DNA from: Thermoleophilaceae bacterium
GTDB taxonomy: Bacteria; Actinomycetota; Thermoleophilia; Solirubrobacterales; Thermoleophilaceae
DNA: 64,000 bases
Direction: 5' to 3'
NCBI GenBank assembly: GCA_034664085.1
Contig: JAXDII010000098.1
Location: 2,140 to 66,139, forward strand
In this document: piece by piece, positions 36,594-45,155 of the stretch
Position numbering within the stretch: position 1 is the first letter of the stretch
Layout of the letters: every line of letters starts with the position of its first letter
Translations under genes and position numbers: made by a program
Notes under the pieces: model-generated
The model's input: the letters and a program-made list of their open reading frames with translations, nothing else
Told to the model about the DNA's origin: nothing
Database searches by the model: none

Positions 36594-37333
36594 GCGTGGA
36601 CCAGGCCGCCGCCGCCACGGAGGTCACGCCCGAGGAGCTGATGACGATCAACGCGGCGCGCGGGCTGCGCAACGGCCAGGTCTGCCTCGTGGGCGTCGGC
36701 CCTCCCAACGCCGCGGCCAACCTCGCCCGCCGCCTCCAGGCGCCGGACTGCGTGCTGGTCTACGAGTCCGGGGCGATCGGGGCGCAGCCGATGCGCCTGC
36801 CGCTCTCGATCGGGGACGACGACCTGGCCGCCACCGCGCTCGAGCTTGTCTCGGTGCCCGAGATGTTCAACTTCTGGATCGGCGGCGGCCGGATCGACGT
36901 GGGGTTCCTGGGCGCCGCCCAGATCGACTCGCACGCGAACCTCAACACCACGGTGATCGGCGGCTACGCGGAGCCCAAGGTGCGCCTGCCCGGCGCGGGC
37001 GGCGCTCCCGAGATCGCGGCGTGCGCACGCTCCGTGCTGGTGATCGTGCGCCACTCCCCGCGCACCTTCGTCGAGCGTCTGGACTTCGTCACCTCGCTCG
37101 CGCAGGCGCGCGGCCAGACGGTCGTCATCACCGACCTGGGCGTGCTGCGCCCGGCGGCCGGCGGCGAGCTCGAGCTGGTGGCCGTCCACCCCGGCGTCGA
37201 GCCCGACGACGTGCAGCAGGCCACCGGCTGGGAGCTCAGGATCGCCGATCAGCTCGAGCACACCGAGCCGCCCACCCAGCGCGAGGTGGACGAGCTGCGC
37301 GACCTGCGCGCGTCGGCGCGGCGGCCGGCCTAG
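36590..37333 (+). CDS. CoA-transferase subunit B
   Basis: Internal ATG at 36590 of track ORF 36509..37333. Has VCLVGVGPPNAAANLARRL, YESGAIG and LPGAGGAPEIA. Confidence 0.85.
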   Translation: MSVDQAAAATEVTPEELMTINAARGLRNGQVCLVGVGPPNAAANLARRLQAPDCVLVYESGAIGAQPMRLPLSIGDDDLAATALELVSVPEMFNFWIGGGRIDVGFLGAAQIDSHANLNTTVIGGYAEPKVRLPGAGGAPEIAACARSVLVIVRHSPRTFVERLDFVTSLAQARGQTVVITDLGVLRPAAGGELELVAVHPGVEPDDVQQATGWELRIADQLEHTEPPTQREVDELRDLRASARRPA

Positions 37334-38646
37334 GCCGCGGCGCGCTGCGCGCCGACGACTGCCCAGCGCCGCCCGGTGAAGCGCCACCCGCAGGTGGAGA
37401 GGCGCACGGCGATCAGGCCGAGCAGGCCGGCCCACACGCCGACGATGCCGAGCCCGAGAGCCAGCGAGCCCAGCGCCACGGGCACGAACACCGCCAGTGA
37501 CGCGGCGAGCATCCCCCACATCAGGAATCGCGTGTCGCCGGCGCCGATCAGGATGCCGTCGAGCGCGAACACCGCGCCGTTGGCGGGCTGCATCAGTGCG
37601 AACAGAGGCCAGATCTTCTGGGCCTGCTCGATGACCGCCGGGTCCGAGGTGAACGCGTGCGGCAGCACGTCGGTGAGGGCGAGCATGATCACGGCGAAGA
37701 CCACCCCGGTCGCCACCGACAGCTCGATCATGCGCCGGGCGGCGCGGTAGGCCTCCTCGGCGTCGCCGGCGCCCAGCGAGCGTCCCACGATCACCTGACC
37801 GGCGATGGCGATCGCGTCGAGCAGCAGCGCCAGGAAGACGAACAGCTGGAACGCGATCTGGTGGGCGGCCAAGGCGTCGTCGCCGACCCGCGCCAGCACG
37901 GCGCCCGCCACCAGGAACGAGCCATACAGCGCCGCCGTGCGCACGAAGATCTCGCCGCCGATGCGGGCCAGCGGCCGCATCGACGCCAGCGAGGGCCGGC
38001 GCGAGTCCGCCGGCGTGCGCAGCAGGACGGCGACGAAGGCGGCGCCCATGCCGGCCTGGGCCAGCACCGTCGCCCACGCCGAGCCGGCCAGGCCCCAGCC
38101 GAAGCCGTAGATGAACAGCAGGTTCAGGGCCACGTTCACCGCGTTGGCCACCACCACGATCACGAGCGGGGTGCGCATGTCCGAGACGCCGCGCAGGAAG
38201 CCCTGGCCCGCCAGCGCGATCAGCGCGAACGGCAGCCCCAGCGAGCCGATGCGCAGATACAGCACCGCCAGCTCGCCCGTGTTCCCGTCGCCGCCCATCA
38301 GGTCGACCAGCGGCACGGCGAACAGGGCGAGCGTGGCGGTCAGCACCACGCCGATCGCGGAGGCCAGCCACAGCGCCTGGGCCGCGAGCCGGCCGGCGGT
38401 GGCGTGCTCGGCCGCCCCGGACAGCCGCGCTACCTGCGCCGTGGTCGCGTAGGTGAGGAAGTTGAACAGCGTGAACGCGCCCGTGAGCAGCGTGGCGGCG
38501 ATCGCCAGCGCCGCAAGCTGCTCGGTGCCGAGGTGCCCGACCATCGCCGTGTCGGCCAGCAGGTAGAGCGGCTCGGCGGCGAGCGCTCCCAGCGCCGGCA
38601 GGGCGAGCTTGAGGATCTCCCCGTCGTATGGGGAGCGCAGCGCCAC
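37330..38646 (-). CDS. MATE family efflux transporter (DinF/NorM-like)
   Basis: 438 aa with 12 predicted TM segments. The N-terminus ILKLALPALGALAAEPLYLLADTAMVGHLG is typical of MATE. Confidence 0.85.
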   Translation of the reverse strand: MALRSPYDGEILKLALPALGALAAEPLYLLADTAMVGHLGTEQLAALAIAATLLTGAFTLFNFLTYATTAQVARLSGAAEHATAGRLAAQALWLASAIGVVLTATLALFAVPLVDLMGGDGNTGELAVLYLRIGSLGLPFALIALAGQGFLRGVSDMRTPLVIVVVANAVNVALNLLFIYGFGWGLAGSAWATVLAQAGMGAAFVAVLLRTPADSRRPSLASMRPLARIGGEIFVRTAALYGSFLVAGAVLARVGDDALAAHQIAFQLFVFLALLLDAIAIAGQVIVGRSLGAGDAEEAYRAARRMIELSVATGVVFAVIMLALTDVLPHAFTSDPAVIEQAQKIWPLFALMQPANGAVFALDGILIGAGDTRFLMWGMLAASLAVFVPVALGSLALGLGIVGVWAGLLGLIAVRLSTCGWRFTGRRWAVVGAQRAAA

Positions 38647-39737
38647 TAGTCGAGGACGAAGTAATCCCGGTGCACGGCTTCCTCGGTCGCTCGCGGCAGC
38701 ACCTCGCGCACCTGGTCCGTCTTCATGCCCTTGATCCGGCGCAGCTCGGCGGCCGAGTAGCCGACGATCCCCTTCCCCACCGGGCGGCCGTCGCAGCGCA
38801 CCTCCACGGCGTCGCCCGCCTGGAAGTCGCCCTCGACCTCGATCACCCCGACTGGCAGCAGGCTGGTGCCGCGCTCGCGCAGCGCGCGCTCGGCGCCCTC
38901 GTCGACGGTCACCCTGCCGCGGGCCGGCTTCGCGTAGCGCAGCCAGAGCTTGAAGCTCGACACGCGCCCGCGCTGCGGCTGGAAGCGCGTCCCCGTGGGC
39001 TCACCGGCCAGCGCGCGGGCCACCTCTTCGGGCTCGACCCCGTTCGCGATCGTCACCGGGATGCCGGCCGCCGTGGCCATCTCGGCCGCAACCACCTTCG
39101 AGCGCATCCCGCCGGAGCCCAGCGGCGACGTGGACACGCCGATGTCGAAGCCCTCGAGCGCCTCGAGGTCGTCCACCTCCTCGACCAGCCGGGCGGCCGG
39201 GTCGTGGCGCGGGTCCGCCGAGTAGAGGCCTCCGATGTCGGTGAGCAGCACGAGCCGGTCCGCGCCGATCAGGATCGCCACCTGGGCGGCGAGGAAGTCG
39301 TTGTCGCCGAACGAGATCTCGTCGGTCGTGGTGGTGTCGTTCTCGTTGATGACCGGCACCACGCGCCAGTCCAGCAGCTTGCGCAGCGTGTGCCGGGCGT
39401 TCAGGTAGTGCGTGCGCGCCGACATGTCGAAGAACGTCAGCAGCACCTGCGCCGACCTCACGCCGCGCGCGTGGAGCAGCTCGTCGTAGTGGCGGTAGAG
39501 CTCGCCCTGGCCGACCGCCGACGCCGCCTGCAGCTCCTCCATCGCGCTCGGCCGAACGGGCAGGTCCATCAGGCGCATGCCGCGCGCGATCGCCCCCGAC
39601 GTGACGATCACGACGTGGTCCCCGGCAGCATGGCGCGCAGCGACCTCGTCGCAGAGCGTGCCCAGCACCTGCGTGCGCACCTCGCCGACATCGTCGGCGA
39701 CGATGCTCGAGCCCAGCTTGATGATGACCGTGGCCAT
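38646..39737 (-). CDS. proB: Glutamate 5-kinase (with PUA domain)
   Basis: 363 aa with IIKLGSSIV, IVTSGAIARG, PVINENDTTTTDEISFGDNDFLAAQVA and the C-terminal PUA block GRVTVDEGAERALRERGTSLLPVGV. Confidence 0.95.
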   Translation of the reverse strand: MATVIIKLGSSIVADDVGEVRTQVLGTLCDEVAARHAAGDHVVIVTSGAIARGMRLMDLPVRPSAMEELQAASAVGQGELYRHYDELLHARGVRSAQVLLTFFDMSARTHYLNARHTLRKLLDWRVVPVINENDTTTTDEISFGDNDFLAAQVAILIGADRLVLLTDIGGLYSADPRHDPAARLVEEVDDLEALEGFDIGVSTSPLGSGGMRSKVVAAEMATAAGIPVTIANGVEPEEVARALAGEPTGTRFQPQRGRVSSFKLWLRYAKPARGRVTVDEGAERALRERGTSLLPVGVIEVEGDFQAGDAVEVRCDGRPVGKGIVGYSAAELRRIKGMKTDQVREVLPRATEEAVHRDYFVLD

Positions 39738-39758
39738 GCGCCCGCAAGACTAAGAGAG

Positions 39759-39800
39759 CCGGCCAGGAATCAGCGGGGGGCCGGGGGCGCGAGCCCCCGG
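39759..39800. repeat. Solo copy of the hairpin repeat also found in tandem at 61431-61626
   Basis: ccggccaggaatcagcggggggCCGGGGGCgcgaGCCCCCGG, in the 67-bp gap between the lipoprotein stop and the proB start. It has the same orientation as the array. Confidence 0.75.
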
Positions 39801-39804
39801 ATGG

Positions 39805-40224
39805 CTACTCGGAGGTCCCCCCGACGAGCTTCCAGCTGCCGTCCTCCTTGGCGAGCTCGAACACGCGCGGGGTGCGCTGGCCGCCGGTCGCGATCGTCGC
39901 CCTCACGGTGGCGTGGTCGCCGTCGACCTTCGTCTTCCCGATCGAGACGAGGCGCAGCTTCAGGCCGGTCACGAGGCCGAGCTGCTGCTTGCACGCCTCC
40001 TCCGCCTGGTCGCCCGTCGCGCCCGTGGCCTGCTCGAGGTACTCCTGGGTCAGGAGGTCGCCGCAGAGCCGGTCGCCGTCGCGCTCGTTGGTGGCCTGGA
40101 CGAAGTCGCGCACCGCCTGGCTCGCGTCCCCGTCGTCGCCGCCGCCGCAGGCCGCCGGCGCCGCCATGAGCGCGAGCATGGCGACGAGGGCGAGCTTGCG
40201 AGGCACGGCGCGGACTTGTATCAC
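39805..40224 (-). CDS. Putative lipoprotein (small NTF2/DUF4878-like)
   Basis: Last 139 codons of track ORF 39805..40680, from the GTG at 40224 that overlaps the obg stop (GTGA). The signal/lipobox is KLALVAMLALMAAPAACGGGDD. The rest of that ORF is an Arg-rich shadow. Confidence 0.6.
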   Translation of the reverse strand: MIQVRAVPRKLALVAMLALMAAPAACGGGDDGDASQAVRDFVQATNERDGDRLCGDLLTQEYLEQATGATGDQAEEACKQQLGLVTGLKLRLVSIGKTKVDGDHATVRATIATGGQRTPRVFELAKEDGSWKLVGGTSE

Positions 40225-41510
40225 CCGAGCGGGGCCCCGGGGTCGAGCTCGAAGACGATGCCCGAGATCTCCACGTCGTCGCCCGGCTCGAACCCCGCCG
40301 CCTCCAGCGCCCGGATCACACCGAGTGCCCGCAGGCGCTCCTCGACGTAGCGCAGCGCCTCGGCGTTGGCGACGTCGTGGCGGGCGATCAGCCGGTCGAT
40401 CTTGCCGCCGTCGACGCGGAACGCGCCCGGCCCGACCCGTTCGACGTTGAACGAGTCGCCGGCCCCGGGGCGGTAGACGCGGTGAGTGGCGGGCAGCTCG
40501 CCCGCCTGCGGCTCGACGGTCTCCTCGGGCACGTGCTCGAAGATGGCGTCGCGCAGCTCGGGGACGCCCGCGCCGGTGGCCGCCGACGTGGCAAACACCG
40601 GGAAGTCGACGCGCTCCTGCCAGTCGCGCACCGCGGCCTCCACCTCGGCCGGCGGCACGAGATCCGCCTTGGAGAGGCACAGGATGCGCGGCAGCTCGGC
40701 CAAGCCGTGGCCGTGCTCGCGCAGCTCGGCCTCGACGGTGGCGTAGTTCTCGACCGGGTCCGAGCCGTCGAGCGGCGCGAGGTCGAGCACGTGCACGAGC
40801 AGCCGGCAGCGCTCCACGTGGGCGAGGAACTCGTGGCCGAGCCCGGCGCCGGCGCTGGCGCCCTCGATCAGGCCGGGGATGTCCGCGAGGACCAGCTGGC
40901 GGTCGTCGCGCTCCAGCGTTCCGAGCACCGGCTCCAGCGTCGTGAACGGGTAGTCCGCCACCTTCGGCCGGGCGCGCGTCAGGCGCGTGAGCAGCGAGGA
41001 CTTGCCGGCGTTCGGCAGGCCGACCAGCCCGGCGTCGGCCAGCAGCTTGAGCTCCAGCGTGAGCCAGCGCTCCTGGCCGGGCAGCCCCTGCTCGGCGAAG
41101 CGCGGTGCCTGGCGCGTGGCCGTGGCGAAGTGCCTGTTGCCCCGCCCGCCGCCACCGCCGCGGGCGACGAGCGCGTGCTGGCCGGCGATGGTCAGGTCCC
41201 AGCGGTCACCCACCTTCGGGTCGACGACGACCGTCCCCGGCGGCACCCGCACCTCCAGCTGCTCCGGCGTGGCGCCGTGCTTGTTGGCGCCCTGGCCGTG
41301 GCCGCCGCGGTCCGCCTTGAAGTGCGAGCCGCGCCGGAACGAGGCGAGGTCGCGCAGCGACGGGTCCGTGACGATCACGACGTCGCCGCCGCGACCGCCG
41401 TCGCCGCCGTCCGGGCCGCCCTTCGGCACGTGTGCCTCACGGCGGAACGAGACGATCCCGTTCCCCCCGGAGCCGGCGCGAACGTAGATCTTGGCGCGGT
41501 CGTGGAACAT
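40221..41510 (-). CDS. obgE: GTPase Obg/CgtA
   Basis: 429 aa with the Obg fold MFHDRAKIYVRAGSGGNGIVSFRREAHVPKGGPDGGDGGRGGDV, G motifs GLPNAGKSSL and DIPGLIEGA, and a C-terminal OCT-like domain. Confidence 0.95.
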   Translation of the reverse strand: MFHDRAKIYVRAGSGGNGIVSFRREAHVPKGGPDGGDGGRGGDVVIVTDPSLRDLASFRRGSHFKADRGGHGQGANKHGATPEQLEVRVPPGTVVVDPKVGDRWDLTIAGQHALVARGGGGGRGNRHFATATRQAPRFAEQGLPGQERWLTLELKLLADAGLVGLPNAGKSSLLTRLTRARPKVADYPFTTLEPVLGTLERDDRQLVLADIPGLIEGASAGAGLGHEFLAHVERCRLLVHVLDLAPLDGSDPVENYATVEAELREHGHGLAELPRILCLSKADLVPPAEVEAAVRDWQERVDFPVFATSAATGAGVPELRDAIFEHVPEETVEPQAGELPATHRVYRPGAGDSFNVERVGPGAFRVDGGKIDRLIARHDVANAEALRYVEERLRALGVIRALEAAGFEPGDDVEISGIVFELDPGAPLG

Positions 41511-41567
41511 GGCTACAGCGAGCCGACCCCTCGATCGTAGCCCTGCCGGCGCCCGCGGGCGCGGCGG

Positions 41568-41828
41568 CTACTCGCCCGTCTGAGACTCGACCGAGATGAT
41601 CCGGCCGCGCCGGCCGGTGGCGAACTGCACGACGCCGGGACGTGTGGCGAAGATGGTGTCGTCGCGGCCGATGCCGACGCCGTCACCGGGCTTGAAGCGG
41701 GTTCCGCGCTGGCGCACGATGATCTCGCCGCCGGTAACGGCCTGCCCTGCGAAGACCTTCACGCCGAGGCGCTTGGCGTTCGAGTCGCGACCGTTGCGGC
41801 TGGACCCGAGACCCTTCTTATGAGCCAT
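41568..41828 (-). CDS. rpmA: 50S ribosomal protein L27
   Basis: 86 aa starting [43 protein letters not shown]. Confidence 0.97.
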   Translation of the reverse strand: MAHKKGLGSSRNGRDSNAKRLGVKVFAGQAVTGGEIIVRQRGTRFKPGDGVGIGRDDTIFATRPGVVQFATGRRGRIISVESQTGE

Positions 41829-42171
41829 CCTCGTCCTCCTGCTTCGCGGCGCGCCGAGCGCCCACCTTGATGTCGGCGATCTCGATGCGGGTGAGGTCCT
41901 GGCGGTGGCCGTAGCGGCGCTTGTAGCCGCGCTTGGGCTTGAACTTCAGCCCGTGGATCTTCTTGCCCCGCTCGTGGCCCGTGACCGTGGCCTGGACCTT
42001 GATCTTGCCGAGCTCGCCGGGCTCGAGCACCGACTTGTCACCGTCGGCGTAGAGCAGCGGCTCCAGGTCGAGCTTGTCGCCCTCGTCTGCGGACAGGCGA
42101 TCGACGACGAGAGAGTCGCCCTTCTCGACGCGGTACTGCTTGTTGCCGACTCTTACGATCGCGTAGCTCAT
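41818..42171 (-). CDS. rplU: 50S ribosomal protein L21
   Basis: 117 aa with [26 protein letters not shown] ... [27 protein letters not shown]. Has a short acidic C-terminal extension and overlaps rpmA by 11 nt. Confidence 0.95.
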   Translation of the reverse strand: MSYAIVRVGNKQYRVEKGDSLVVDRLSADEGDKLDLEPLLYADGDKSVLEPGELGKIKVQATVTGHERGKKIHGLKFKPKRGYKRRYGHRQDLTRIEIADIKVGARRAAKQEDEDGS

Positions 42172-42216
42172 GGCAAAGGAATGGCGCCACGGACTCCGGC
42201 GGCGCCGCAGGCGAGT

Positions 42217-43113
42217 CTAGCGGGTGGCGAGCTCTCGGTCCGGGCTGCGCCGGCCCGTCTGGGCGATCAGCAGCCCGGCCGCCACCAGCGCCGCGCCGCC
42301 GACCGCGCGACCGGTGATCTCCTCGGAGTAGAACGCCGCTCCAAACAGGAGCGCGCCGAAGGGCAGCAGCATCGCCAGGAACGACATCGCCTGCGCGCTG
42401 ATGTGGCGCAGCAGCACGGTCAGGCCCACGAACGGGACCGCCGATCCGACCAGCGCCAGGTAGGCGATCGAGCCCACCGCATCGGCGCTCCAGGCGGCTT
42501 TCCCCCAGCTCTCGCCGAGCGCCGACGCCGCCAGGAGCAGCAGGCCGCCGAAGAGCATGGCCCAGCCGTTGAGAACGATCGCGTCGAGTTCCCCGGCGCG
42601 CAGCTTGATGGCGATGTTCCCGACCGCGGCCCCGAGTGGCGCGAGCGCAAGCGCGGCGGCGCCGGCCACCGCCAGCTCGGTGTGGCCCACGTCGGCGCTT
42701 TCCGCGAACGCCAGCGCGAGCCCGCCGATTGCGATCAGCACGCCGGCGATCAGCCGGCCGCCCAGCGGCTGGTCCGGCAGCAGCACCGCACCCAGGAGCG
42801 CCACGTAGAGCGGCAGCACGCCGAAGAGCACGGCGGCCAGCCCGGACGGGATGTACTGCTCGCCCCAGTAGACCAGCCCGTACGCGAGCGCGAACGGAAA
42901 CAGGCCGAGCACGGCCGCGAGCCGCAGGTTGGTTCGCAGCGGGCGCCGCAGGGCGACGGCACAGGCGAGCAGGACCAGCCCGGCGGCGGCGAAGCGGATG
43001 CCTGCCCCGAGGAGCGGCGGGCAGTCCTCCAGTCCGATCTTGATGGCGACCCAGGTGCTCGACCAGATCAGCACGAGCAGTCCGTACAGGCCCCAAACTG
43101 CTGAGCGGCTCAC
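42217..43113 (-). CDS. EamA/DMT-family transporter
   Basis: 298 aa with ten hydrophobic helices in a two-fold EamA repeat. The N-terminus is LLVLIWSSTWVAIKIGLEDCPPLLGAGIRF. Confidence 0.85.
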   Translation of the reverse strand: MSRSAVWGLYGLLVLIWSSTWVAIKIGLEDCPPLLGAGIRFAAAGLVLLACAVALRRPLRTNLRLAAVLGLFPFALAYGLVYWGEQYIPSGLAAVLFGVLPLYVALLGAVLLPDQPLGGRLIAGVLIAIGGLALAFAESADVGHTELAVAGAAALALAPLGAAVGNIAIKLRAGELDAIVLNGWAMLFGGLLLLAASALGESWGKAAWSADAVGSIAYLALVGSAVPFVGLTVLLRHISAQAMSFLAMLLPFGALLFGAAFYSEEITGRAVGGAALVAAGLLIAQTGRRSPDRELATR

Positions 43114-43200
43114 GCACGCCGACGTTATCGATGCCCGGCCTGCGGCCAGATTCGAGGCGCTCGCCTAAGCCCCGCGCCGGCAGCGGCCGACAACTCATCC

Positions 43201-43563
43201 ATGTCCGTACGCGCCGATCGGGGGTCGAGGGCCGCCAGCGCGCCCGACGACGCCCTGGCGCTGCTCGACACCGTGCACGAGGCGCTTTGCGGGCTCGTGG
43301 CGGGGATGATGGGAGCCGCCTGCGGCTACGCGCCGCCGCGCCCCCACCTCAGCTTCCTGGCGATCGGCGGCACTGACTCCCAGGCCGCCGAGCTGAGCCA
43401 GATGGTCAACGCCGTATTCGGGCTCGACCTGCCACCGGACATCATCCTGCGCTCGCCGACGCCCGACGCCCTCGCCCGCACGATCGCGGTCGCGTGGTTC
43501 GACGCCGACGGGACGGCCGTCGACCTGATGGACCTGATCGCCGCGATCGCGGACGCCGAGTAG
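43201..43563 (+). CDS. Stand-alone carrier-protein-like (PCP/ACP, phosphopantetheine-binding) protein
   Basis: 120 aa. LSFLAIGGTDSQAAELSQMVNAVFGLDLPPDIILRSPTPDALARTI follows the PCP template FF-LGG-[HD]-S-L ... G..L....LF..PT...LA..I, but with GGTDS in place of GG[HD]S. Confidence 0.5.
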   Translation: MSVRADRGSRAASAPDDALALLDTVHEALCGLVAGMMGAACGYAPPRPHLSFLAIGGTDSQAAELSQMVNAVFGLDLPPDIILRSPTPDALARTIAVAWFDADGTAVDLMDLIAAIADAE

Positions 43564-43585
43564 GGCCTCGGCCCGGGGCCTCGGC

Positions 43586-44983
43586 TCACTGCACCGCGAG
43601 GCAGACGGCCGTGGCGTCGTCCGTGAGCTCACCGCCCACGGCCGCGAGGACGGCACGGTGCACCTCGCGAACCGTGTCGGCGGCCGTTCCCGCCTCTGAA
43701 CGGAGCGCCGCCCGGACGAGACCCTCCACCCCCAGCCCGGCCTGGCCCTCGCCGGAGTTGATGACCCCGTCGGACACCAGCACCAGGCGGTCGCCGGGCA
43801 CGAGCGACGTCTTCAGCCCGACGGGCTTTGGACTCCCCCGTCCACCCAGGCCGTGCGTCGAGGGACCGTTCACGTGCTCGACCGTGCCGTCGCCGCGGAG
43901 GATGACCGGCGCCACGTGGCCGCAGTTGGCGATGTCCAGCTGGTTCGTGGCGGGGTCCCAGTGCGCGACGACCGCGGTCATCTCGGCGCGCGGGCCGGGC
44001 AGCTCCCGCAGCGTCTGGTGCATCACCACCAGCGCCTCGCTGATGCCCGCGCCGCTGCGCCGGCTCGCACGCAGGCCGCCGAGCGCCACCGCGCTGCCGG
44101 CGGCGGCCCGCGTCGACCCTCCCAGGCCGTCGGCGAGGGTGATCCAGACGCCGTCGGCGTTCTCGATCACGTCGAACCAGTCCCCGGCGACCTCGTAGCT
44201 CGGGAGGACGTTGCCGGCCACCTCCCCGCCGGTGATGCGCGTGATCCGGGCCGGCAGGAGGCTCTGCTGGATCTCCGCTGCGGCCTTCGGCTGCTTGCGA
44301 CGCTGGGCGCGCGCGAAGACGTCGGTGTAGCGATCGGCGAGCGTGATGGCCGCAGCGGCCTGGCGTGCGAGCTCGCTGAGCGGCTCGGCAGGTCGGCCGA
44401 ACGCGACCATGACCCCGTTCGCCCGTCCGCGCAGCCACAGGGCGTACACGTGCACGCCCGGGAACGCCGCCAGACGCTCGCGCAGCTCGGACAGGCCGTC
44501 GGCGTCCAGCTCCGGCCCGATCGCCAGCGAGGTCTCCAACTTCTCACCGAGGCGCTTCGGCCCGGCCATGTGCAGGAGGTAGGTGCCGTCTATGTCGACG
44601 ACGTACAGCGCGACCGGGACCTTCGCGATCCGCTGAGCCTCCGCAACGAGCTGCTCGGGAAGCACCGCCGGCGGCACGACGTCGAACACATGGATCGCGT
44701 CGAGGCTGACCGGACGGCCGCGCCCGAGCCGCCCGGCCGGCAGCGCGCTGCCGCCGGGGTCCAGGCTGGTGTCTTGCGGCCGATCCCGCAGTGCCGCCAG
44801 CAACGCATCGCGGTTGGAGAAGCGGCGGTGGAGCGTCGAGCGGGCAACGCCTGCGGCAGCGGCGATGTCCGCGAGCGTGGCCGACGGCGCATGCTCCAGC
44901 ATCCGCTCTGCCGCATCGAGGATGCGCTCCCGGTTTCGGAGCGCGTCGGCGCGTCGCGCGTCGGTCTGATCCTTGGGGGTCAC
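43586..44983 (-). CDS. TetR-type HTH - GAF-like domain - PP2C/SpoIIE phosphatase fusion protein
   Basis: In-frame GTG at 44983 of track ORF 43586..45169 (465 aa). The TetR HTH is RNRERILDAAERMLEHAPSATLADIAAAAGVARSTLHRRFSNRDALLAAL. The PP2C/SpoIIE core is VAGDWFDVIENADGVWITLADGLGGSTRAA ... VVAHWDPATNQLDIANCGHVAPVIL ... GDRLVLVSDGV ... DDATAVCLAV. Confidence 0.75.
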   Translation of the reverse strand: MTPKDQTDARRADALRNRERILDAAERMLEHAPSATLADIAAAAGVARSTLHRRFSNRDALLAALRDRPQDTSLDPGGSALPAGRLGRGRPVSLDAIHVFDVVPPAVLPEQLVAEAQRIAKVPVALYVVDIDGTYLLHMAGPKRLGEKLETSLAIGPELDADGLSELRERLAAFPGVHVYALWLRGRANGVMVAFGRPAEPLSELARQAAAAITLADRYTDVFARAQRRKQPKAAAEIQQSLLPARITRITGGEVAGNVLPSYEVAGDWFDVIENADGVWITLADGLGGSTRAAAGSAVALGGLRASRRSGAGISEALVVMHQTLRELPGPRAEMTAVVAHWDPATNQLDIANCGHVAPVILRGDGTVEHVNGPSTHGLGGRGSPKPVGLKTSLVPGDRLVLVSDGVINSGEGQAGLGVEGLVRAALRSEAGTAADTVREVHRAVLAAVGGELTDDATAVCLAVQ

Positions 44984-45015
44984 GGACGCACATGATGGCC
45001 GCCTCGCCGTCCAAG

Positions 45016-45045
45016 TGGGACAGCTCGTTGCACAAGCTCGTCCCA
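45016..45045. promoter_or_regulatory. 30-bp imperfect palindrome in the divergent promoter region (candidate operator for the TetR-HTH fusion)
   Basis: TGGGACAGCTCGTTGCACAAGCTCGTCCCA has perfect outer arms TGGGAC/GTCCCA and inner AGCT/AGCT pairing with a 1-nt offset. It lies between start 44983 (minus) and start 45156 (plus). Confidence 0.3.
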
Positions 45046-45155
45046 TTTGCGTCACGACGGCCACCGATGCTGATTCGCCTCCGGGGTCCGGGGCAGCAGC
45101 ACCCGACCGCAAGAACCAACGGCAGGCGGGTGTACCCCGCCGAAAGGAGAGGCGA

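Noticed and set aside
43201-43563. I considered the carrier-protein-like ORF as evidence of an NRPS/PKS biosynthetic cluster.
   Set aside because: No adenylation, condensation, ketosynthase, acyltransferase, thioesterase or PPTase gene is present anywhere in the 64 kb. I report it only as an orphan carrier-like ORF.
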